Source: an uncultured Armatimonadetes bacterium
GTDB lineage: Bacteria > Armatimonadota > UBA5829 > DTJY01
Direction: 5' to 3'
Length of the DNA stretch: 64,000 nucleotides
NCBI GenBank assembly: GCA_963717145.1
Contig: OY970325.1
Location: 1,120,001-1,184,000, forward strand
Below the pieces are notes generated by a model. That model did no database searches, was not told where the DNA came from, and was given only the letters and a program-made list of their open reading frames with translations. Each line of letters starts with the position of its first letter. The first letter of the stretch is position 1. A program made the translations under genes and the position numbers. Of the stretch, positions 10,601 through 16,981 are shown one piece after another.

Positions 10601-11684
10601 GCTGCTCACCAACAAGCGGTTCCTTTCCGGCACCGGCGGCAGCGTCAAGCTCGGGAACGGCACCGGCGAGGCATCGCTCGTAGTGTTGGCCGATGCGGTG
10701 AGGTTCCTGATGGTGTCGGACGATCTGACTGCTCCCACCGTGCCGACGAACCTGTCGGCGACCGCGGTCTCGACGAGCCAGATCAACCTGACCTGGACCG
10801 CCTCGACTGATAACGTGGCTGTCACCGGCTACCGGATCTTCCGGAACGATGTCGAAGTCGGAACGAGCGCGACCACTTCGTTCTCCGATCCCGGACTGAC
10901 GCAGTACACCACCTACACCTACAAGGTGGCGGCCTATGATGAGATGGGCAACGAGTCGGCCAAGAGTTCGCCGGACTCCGAGACCACCTGGGACGGGCAG
11001 GCGCCGACTGTCCCGACCAATCTCAACGCGACTCCTATCACCAGCACCCGGATAGACCTCACCTGGACCGCCTCGACTGACAATGCAGGCGTGACGGGCT
11101 ACAAGATCTTCCGGAACAGCGGGCAGATCGGGACGTCTCCCACCGCGAGTTACAGCGACACCACATGCTCGCCGAACACAACGTATTCCTACGAAGTGTC
11201 GGCCTATGACGCCAGGGGCAACGAGTCCGCCCACAGTGCGGCTGATGTCGCGACCACGCCTTCCGGCAGCCTGGCGAACATCATCATCGACAACCCGGCC
11301 GCGACGTTCACCGGGACATGGACTACGTCCACCACCGGCACGGATAAGTACGGGACGAACTACAGATGGGCCAGTTCGGCGGTCTCCCAGAGCCGGACCG
11401 CCAAGTGGACGCCGACCATCGCAACTGCCGGAGGGTATGACCTCTACGCATGGTGGTCCGTCGGTTCGAACAGGGCGACGAACTCGCCGTACTTCTGCCA
11501 GTGGAACGGCGGCTCACAGACCGTCAACGTCAACCAGACGATCAACGGCGGCGCGTGGATGAGTCTGCTCACGAACAAGAGCTTCGCGACAGGCACCGCC
11601 GGCTTCATCAGGCTGGGGAACGGCACCGGCTCGACGGGTAAAGTCGTCGTCGCCGACGCCGTGAGGTTCCAACAGGTCAACTAA
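7671..11684 (+). CDS. Secreted GHL10 (DUF187, YddW/DigH-like) glycoside hydrolase with carboxypeptidase-regulatory-like, FN3 and three golvesin/xanthan-lyase-CBD-like domains
   Basis: Signal peptide, FDSLADLITKAHAAGIEVHPW, LDPGVP, NYDVDGLNLDYIRYP and WRRDQI. FN3 motif LTWTASTDNVGVTGY. IIIDN...ADAVRF modules occur three times. Confidence 0.88.
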   Translation: MLKVRQVVCTAMLLLLLVASAGYAQEFRSIEITAWGSGFESASACTALVNYADSCNLNCIIPELRLRCDAYYNSNFEPPGTGVAPSPAGFDSLADLITKAHAAGIEVHPWVVTFRVWTTVDGPAHMSPEHIWYTHGPGQSDPDEDWLMYSDTGAWSYGGVSNLDPGVPAVEDYLISVFMDMVNNYDVDGLNLDYIRYPQTSWGYNPKAVARFNAEYGLSGNPSSSNTTWQNWRRDQISNLVKRLYLEIKAVKPWVKLSADVWNSATTGNNSYFQNWDHWMANHWLDFAHPMSYTSTNSTFSGWCDAYVNNAHGRHVYPLVDASNSITGNVLPQIDSVRTHDFAGTGLYAYSSIPNKSALQSALVSGPFPTAVGMPDMPWLSTPTLGMLKGYVKTGAGVAIYPATVTIQSRNTKNTGTGFYGFVDLTTGTYTVTASAPGYVNVNGQVTITAGQVATLNLTMGSDTTPPTISNVRTANVQATNAQVLWDTNEGATSQVEYGLTTGYGNQTTENMALVTAHTVQLVNLTGNTLYHYRVKSRDGAGNLRTSSDYTFTTAPGDTVADIIIDNTSATLVGSWTTGTSATDKYGTNYYYCTTAASETKSARWTPNIITAGNYDVYVWYPAGSNRTAMAPYTVYWNGGSQTYTVNQKVSGGVWNLIAETKPFAIGTGGSVKLGNGTGESALNVMADAVKFVYPQAADTEDPTVPTNLNAVAISGTQVDLTWTASTDNIGVTGYKIYRDSVEIDTSTTPSYSDTTCTSMTTYSYRVSAYDAASNESGLSTADVVTTPDSAPPTVPTNLSATAISQTQINLSWTASTDNVGVTGYNVYRDGDYLTTVAGASCSDTNCVANTLYTYQVTAFDAAGNESGLSTQASATTLASTDIVMDNPAAVFVGSWIVGTTSSDKYGADYEFATTAATETATATWTPNIGVSGYYVVYCWYPQGANRSSAAPYTVNWNGGSQTVNVNQTTGGGTWNTLLTNKRFLSGTGGSVKLGNGTGEASLVVLADAVRFLMVSDDLTAPTVPTNLSATAVSTSQINLTWTASTDNVAVTGYRIFRNDVEVGTSATTSFSDPGLTQYTTYTYKVAAYDEMGNESAKSSPDSETTWDGQAPTVPTNLNATPITSTRIDLTWTASTDNAGVTGYKIFRNSGQIGTSPTASYSDTTCSPNTTYSYEVSAYDARGNESAHSAADVATTPSGSLANIIIDNPAATFTGTWTTSTTGTDKYGTNYRWASSAVSQSRTAKWTPTIATAGGYDLYAWWSVGSNRATNSPYFCQWNGGSQTVNVNQTINGGAWMSLLTNKSFATGTAGFIRLGNGTGSTGKVVVADAVRFQQVN

Positions 11685-11701
11685 CAGACCGCCGCTTCCC
11701 G

Positions 11702-11738
11702 ATCGTTGGGGATGGAGTTGGACTCCATCCCCAACGAT
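11702..11738. repeat. Short palindromic element; a doubled copy lies inside rlmN
   Basis: ATCGTTGGGGATGGAGT-TGG-ACTCCATCCCCAACGAT. Confidence 0.85.
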
Positions 11739-11745
11739 TAGCGCG

Positions 11746-11779
11746 AAGGGCAGGGGGATCACTCTCCCTGCCCTTTCTT
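11746..11779 (+). terminator. Terminator, AGGGCAGGG/CCCTGCCCT stem (copy 1)
   Basis: AAGGGCAGGG...CCCTGCCCTTTCTT. Confidence 0.7.
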
Positions 11780-11823
11780 CCGAGTAAGTGACTGCACCAC
11801 AAGCGGTTGTTTCCGTCACAAAC

Positions 11824-11942
11824 TCCGGAGAACCCCACCCCGGCCTTCGGCCACCCCTCCCCGCAACGGAGAGGGGACGTGGGCGACTCCCCCTCTCCGT
11901 TGCGGGGAGGGGTGGCCGAAGGCCGGGGTGGGGTTCTCCGGA
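11824..11942. repeat. Long REP-like inverted repeat between convergent genes
   Basis: 53-bp perfect arms at 11824-11876 and 11890-11942, each with internal hairpins. Confidence 0.9.
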
Positions 11943-12031
11943 TCGCGGTTTGGCCATCAAAAGAGAAAAGGGCGGAGACATCATCGTCCCCCGCCCCATT
12001 CTGACTTCTGACTCCTGACTTCCTTCCCCCC

Positions 12032-12688
12032 CTACGCCGCCATATCACCCCGGGCAGCGATCGTCTCCGTACCTGACTGATCGCCGATCTGAGACGCGTC
12101 CGTGCCTCGATACCGCACGAAGTAGGAATAGTCCGTCCCGTCGCCGGTGATCCGGTCGGTGTAGGGCGATGCTTTCTGGAACGCCAGGAGCGAGAACTCG
12201 GTCTCCCCGGCCTTCCTGCGGTAGATGTTGCATCCCGCCGCCCATGCCGGCCTGCTGTTCATCCGCTCATTCGTCGGGTTCGTGCCGAAGTGGATCACCA
12301 CCTTGGCGATCGCGCTCTCCAGGAATATCGCCGGAGTCTCCGGCCCGATGGAATGAGTCGTGGGAGCTGAGCGGACCGGCAGCCCGAGTTCGCCGCGAAT
12401 CTCGTCCGTCATGCCCGGAGCGTGCTGGACGCGCTGAACCAGCGGACGAATAGTGTCCTTCAATGCGCCCTTCTTGTTCTTCTTGTCATTCGACGCCGCG
12501 GTGAACGCGAGCTTCTTGTCGCCATAGCTCGAGTGGGCCGTGTTGAACGCGGTGTAATCGGTCTGCAACGGCACTATGTCCGCCGCATCGAGGCCCAGGT
12601 CCACCAGATGGTCGGTCAGACCCGTGACCAGATTGTAGGTCCAAGATGCGAGTTCCGCATCGTTTGCAGGCACATAATCATTCGCCAT
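12032..12688 (-). CDS. Hypothetical protein: helical N-terminal region plus FN3/Ig-like C-terminal domain
   Basis: ATG 12688 with RBS GGGAGGG. Reads MANDYVPANDAELASW...GCNIYRRKAGETEFSLLAFQKASPYTD...YSYFVRY. The longer ORF to 13072 reads through tandem repeats. Confidence 0.8.
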   Translation of the reverse strand: MANDYVPANDAELASWTYNLVTGLTDHLVDLGLDAADIVPLQTDYTAFNTAHSSYGDKKLAFTAASNDKKNKKGALKDTIRPLVQRVQHAPGMTDEIRGELGLPVRSAPTTHSIGPETPAIFLESAIAKVVIHFGTNPTNERMNSRPAWAAGCNIYRRKAGETEFSLLAFQKASPYTDRITGDGTDYSYFVRYRGTDASQIGDQSGTETIAARGDMAA

Positions 12689-12785
12689 TTCAGTACCCTC
12701 CCGTAGATGGATTTTTGCTCCCTCAAGCGTCGTCGGCATCGTTGCCCGATGGTTTCCTGCGGTCCGGATCCAGAGCTCTGCGCTC

Positions 12786-12911
12786 GCACAAATGTGCTCT
12801 GCATCCGCACAAATGTGCTCTTCATTCGAACAAATGTGCTCTGCATCCGCACAAATGTGCTCTTCATTCGAACAAATGTGCTCTGCATCCGCACAAATGT
12901 GCTCTTCATTC
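12786..12911. repeat. 21-bp tandem array, 6 units alternating with a 42-bp higher-order period
   Basis: GMACAAATGTGCTCTGCATCC alternates with GCACAAATGTGCTCTTCATTC. Confidence 0.95.
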
Positions 12912-13032
12912 GCATGAAGATCCATCGGATCCTGGCTGGAGAGCATGTGATGCCGCTGTGGCCTCAGGGGGATGGGATCGAGATCAGAGTGTGGACTTTC
13001 GAAGTAACACCGAGCGGCTGCCCAGAGGAGGG

Positions 13033-13087
13033 GAATCCGGCATCCGGAATCCGGCAAATCCGCATTCCGCACTCCGCATTCCGCATT
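13033..13087. repeat. Degenerate heptamer repeat (ATTCCGC)n
   Basis: AATCCGC ATTCCGC ACTCCGC ATTCCGC, preceded by ATCCGGC variants. Confidence 0.8.
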
Positions 13088-13322
13088 GGTCTCCCGGGCT
13101 TGCGGCCCGATGGCCCGATCCGTATCCGCCTTCCGCCGATTGACTGCTCAAGGAACGAGTGATTGCCTTACACCCAGATGATTCCACGCATATTGCGGAG
13201 GTTGATACTGTTTTTTTTACCGGGTGTCGGAAAATCGGCGGTGGAGGTGGGATACTCGCCGCCCGAACCGCCCGTGTTGCGCGGCAGCGGGGAGACCAAT
13301 CGCCGAGAAGGAAAACATGTCC

Positions 13323-13351
13323 TTGAACAAATCGGCGACTAGGTATATAAT
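13323..13351 (+). promoter_or_regulatory. Sigma70-type promoter for the STAND gene
   Basis: TTGAAC-17 nt-TATAAT. Confidence 0.55.
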
Positions 13352-13453
13352 CCCTCGTAAGAATCGCGAGTTATCAGAGCCTCGACCGGACCTCGCCGCA
13401 AATGCCCGGATTCATCCTGCCGTCGAAGATGCGGCGTTCATGGGGGGACGCAC

Positions 13454-16400
13454 ATGGCTGACCTGGAAGCATATCTACAAGAGAAGAGCCCAGACCTGCA
13501 CAAGAAGTACATCGAGATAACTGAGGCGTGCAAGAAGCTCTGGGGCAATACCAAGCTCGATTGGTTTACTGACCATACCCCAACCCACTCCGCCAGGTTA
13601 GTGCGATACCTGAACCAGATGCTCGCCCCGATAGAGCAGACCGACCGCTTCCTGACCCCTGATGAGTGCTTCGTTCTGTTATCGAGCTGCTATCTGCACG
13701 ACATCGGTATGCAGGACATGAGGAGGACGGGAAAGACCGAGGAGAAGTTGAGCGATGAGGAGTTCCGTCGCATACGGGATGAGCACGCACAGAGAAGCTT
13801 CGATATGATCAAAGAAGGGACTCTGCGCCCGGACGGTATCAACTCTGTGGATATCAGGTTGGAAGGTCAGGATGCATGGGCCAGGGCAATGGCATGGGTC
13901 AGCAAGGCGCACTCCACACGCTACTACGATGAATCTGTAGAGTACATCACCAGCGATCCACTCATAGTCAGAGGAAATCGGCTGAGAGGTCCATTCCTTT
14001 GCGCTCTGCTCCTATTGGCCGATGAACTTGATCTGACTGACGAACGCGTGGATTTCTCACAGGCAGTTCTGAAAGACTTGTCGCCCGAGACCTTGCTCCA
14101 CTGGTATGTGCATCACTACATTGAACTGGTAGAGATTGTCAACCAGCAGGTCAGTATCACCTACCGCATCCATGAGGAACTAAAGCCGTATGCAGATCTC
14201 CTGAAGGCACATGTTGCAGGTAAGCTGAATGGCCAGTTCCATCGCTGCAGCCCGATCTACCGTGAGGCAGCCGGCATTGGCGGTCTCGAACTTGCGACTG
14301 CGAAGGTGAACATGAGCGAAGGATTCAAGAGACCCATGCCTGCCGAGGTCCTGGAACTGCTCAAGAAGGAGGCCGAGCCGGACGAGAGCGAATCGCCCGA
14401 AGATAATGCGCCCGGTACAGCCATCCGCGTGCGTCCGCCTCAACCCTCCTCCCTGTTCACTGGGCGCGCTGATGAACTGGAAATGCTTGAGGGTCTAGTT
14501 AGCGATCACAGGGTGTCCATGATCACGGGTATCGGCGGAACAGGCAAATCCCAACTCGTAGCCCAGTATGTTGCTGAGCGGACCCACTTCCCATCGGACT
14601 CTGTGTATTGGTTCGATCTCGCATACAAACAGACTGCCGATGATATCGCCATCGCACTCGGCTTCAGCGAGATGCTGAAGAAGGAGAGGATGACGGCACA
14701 GGAAAAGGGCGCCAATCTGGCTGATATCATCGATCGGACCAAGTGCCTGGTGGTGATAGACAACATCCAGGACTGCCAGGATGAAGCCCTTGGTCATACG
14801 ATTCATCAGTCGGTCGACCGCTTGAGTCGGTCTCGCATACTTCTCGTTGGAAAGTCCCGCCCCAAGTTCGTGGTCGTTCTGGAACCAAGACTCGTCATCA
14901 AGCAGATCAACGGACTGAAGGACGACGGCATAGCCTATGCCCGGAAGCTGAGAACCCAGTGGGAGATAGACATCACTGATGCTGAGACGGTGGATATGTG
15001 CCGCGAGGTCGGCAATCATCCTATGGCGATAGAGGTTGCATTCAACGTTCTCCGCTATGAGGAGAAGCCTCGAGACCTCCTGCAGAAGATCGTCGAGTTT
15101 ACCAAGGATAGCGATGATCCAGAAGCTCTTAGCGCTCGCCTGCTTTCCGAACTGCACAGCCATGCTACTAAGCCTCAGCGTGATCTCGCCTACCGACTTT
15201 CCGTGTTCCGCAGGCCTTTCCCCCGGTCAGCAGCCGGATTCGCCGCCGGACGGGAAGATTGGCAAGCAGATTTCAAGGAACTCGTGGACAAATTGATGTT
15301 CAGGAAGGAAGATGACGAGTTCCATATGCATCAGTTGGTCAGGGCGTTCTGTAACGACAAACTCTCAGACACTGCAGGCACCTCTGCTCATGTTGGAGCC
15401 GCTGCCTTCTACAAGTCCCTGCGCGGGAACGGAGCCAACATCGCCTTCGAACACGAGATAGTCCACCACTTGCTACGCGGCGGCAGTCGCGACGAGGCCG
15501 TGGACATCTTGGTTAGTCACGGGAGAGATTTCCTGATCTGGGGGCACACATCTGCATTGCTGGACATGCTTGCCGAGGTAGACAATCGCGGGGGGCTAAC
15601 TGACAGGCTGCTGAACCTCAGAGGTCGACTTTACGAGTCGCTTGCACAATACGACCTGGCAATGGTTGATCTAGATGCCGCGCGTTTATCCCCTGATCCG
15701 GAGTGTCGCGCCGAGGCTCTGTATAGAAAAGGGGCGATCTGGCTTGCGCGATGTGATCTGCAGAAGGCTGAGGGACTGCTGGAGGCCAGTCTCTCCATCG
15801 CGCAGGAGCATCACATCCCTCGGCTGATTGCTTACAACACGGATGCTTTCGGTCGCATGGCTGAAGGTCAGGGCCGTCTTCATGATGCTATGGCTCGGTT
15901 CCAAAGCGCATATGCCATTCTACAGAATGTGCCTCAGAGAGACGAACACGATATTGGCGTAGCCATAAGGAATATTGGAGCTGTATTACATGGCCAAGGA
16001 GACCTGAAACGAGCGATGGAGAAGTACGAGGAGAGCCTCCAGATACGTATCGCTGTCGGCGACCAGTTGGGCATCGGCTCTTGTGTGCACGACATAGGCA
16101 GCATACTTCAAGATCAGGGAAACCTAGATGGCGCAATGGCGAAGTACGAGGAGAGCCTCCAGATACGTATCACTGTCGGCGACCAGTCCGGCATCGCAGG
16201 CTGTACCAGGGCCGTGGGCACTATACTCGAAGCCAAGGCAGACCTAGAAGGCGCGATGGCGAAGTACGAAGAGAGCGTAGCGATATACTCTGCTATCGGC
16301 GAGCAGAGCGGTATCGGAGCCGGTATATGTAGCATAGGTCGTGTACTGCAGAGGCGCGGGGACCTGCAAGGAGCGATGGCTAGGTACGAACAAAGCGTGG

Positions 16401-16912
16401 CGATATATACTGCTATGGGCAACACCTTGAATGTCGCCCGTAGTCTTAACAACATGGCAACTGTCCACGACAAACTGAATGAACCTGGGCTGGCTGCAAA
16501 TCGCTTTGCCGAATCGTGCGGTCTGTACCGAGACGCAGGGGCGTTGGGCGATCTTGCATTCACCCTGCGAAATCTGGCTCGATGTTATGAGAATGCTGGC
16601 GAGCACGAGTACGCTATACGTCCATTCCTTGAAGCTGAGGCTCTCTACCGGCGGCTCGAGCGCGAACGGGAGACTGAAGAAACTGCCAACGAGATATGCC
16701 GGGCAAGACAGAGCATCGGCTTCCAAGAGTTTCGGCGGCTAGCGGAGGCAGCGTACGGCGTGCTCCCTGATGACCTGAAACCGTTCTCACACTACCACGA
16801 GTATATTGCGGACACCACCCTGCGAAAGGAGACAAGGGCTGGTCGAAATGATCCATGTCCGTGCGGCAGCGGGAAGAAGTACAAGAGGTGCTGCTTGGGG
16901 AAAGACGCATAG
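13454..16912 (+). CDS. HD (HD-CE-like) phosphohydrolase - STAND/NB-ARC-like ATPase - winged helix - TPR repeats - SEC-C motif
   Basis: HD motifs FTDHTPTHS, YLHDIGM, EHAQRS, LADELD and HWYVH. STAND motifs FTGRADEL, GIGGTGKS, LVVIDN, GNHPMAI and MHQLVR. 40-aa TPRs. C-terminal GRNDPCPCGSGKKYKRCC. Confidence 0.88.
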   Translation: MADLEAYLQEKSPDLHKKYIEITEACKKLWGNTKLDWFTDHTPTHSARLVRYLNQMLAPIEQTDRFLTPDECFVLLSSCYLHDIGMQDMRRTGKTEEKLSDEEFRRIRDEHAQRSFDMIKEGTLRPDGINSVDIRLEGQDAWARAMAWVSKAHSTRYYDESVEYITSDPLIVRGNRLRGPFLCALLLLADELDLTDERVDFSQAVLKDLSPETLLHWYVHHYIELVEIVNQQVSITYRIHEELKPYADLLKAHVAGKLNGQFHRCSPIYREAAGIGGLELATAKVNMSEGFKRPMPAEVLELLKKEAEPDESESPEDNAPGTAIRVRPPQPSSLFTGRADELEMLEGLVSDHRVSMITGIGGTGKSQLVAQYVAERTHFPSDSVYWFDLAYKQTADDIAIALGFSEMLKKERMTAQEKGANLADIIDRTKCLVVIDNIQDCQDEALGHTIHQSVDRLSRSRILLVGKSRPKFVVVLEPRLVIKQINGLKDDGIAYARKLRTQWEIDITDAETVDMCREVGNHPMAIEVAFNVLRYEEKPRDLLQKIVEFTKDSDDPEALSARLLSELHSHATKPQRDLAYRLSVFRRPFPRSAAGFAAGREDWQADFKELVDKLMFRKEDDEFHMHQLVRAFCNDKLSDTAGTSAHVGAAAFYKSLRGNGANIAFEHEIVHHLLRGGSRDEAVDILVSHGRDFLIWGHTSALLDMLAEVDNRGGLTDRLLNLRGRLYESLAQYDLAMVDLDAARLSPDPECRAEALYRKGAIWLARCDLQKAEGLLEASLSIAQEHHIPRLIAYNTDAFGRMAEGQGRLHDAMARFQSAYAILQNVPQRDEHDIGVAIRNIGAVLHGQGDLKRAMEKYEESLQIRIAVGDQLGIGSCVHDIGSILQDQGNLDGAMAKYEESLQIRITVGDQSGIAGCTRAVGTILEAKADLEGAMAKYEESVAIYSAIGEQSGIGAGICSIGRVLQRRGDLQGAMARYEQSVAIYTAMGNTLNVARSLNNMATVHDKLNEPGLAANRFAESCGLYRDAGALGDLAFTLRNLARCYENAGEHEYAIRPFLEAEALYRRLERERETEETANEICRARQSIGFQEFRRLAEAAYGVLPDDLKPFSHYHEYIADTTLRKETRAGRNDPCPCGSGKKYKRCCLGKDA

Positions 16913-16981
16913 GCGTGTGGTTCACTTCCCCTTCCCCAACCTGATCATCCAGATAGAACATAAGGACACGGGCGCTCCGGT

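Noticed and set aside
12786-12911. Possible CRISPR array (also 41106-41280)
   Set aside because: The units are head-to-tail with no unique spacers, and there are no cas genes.
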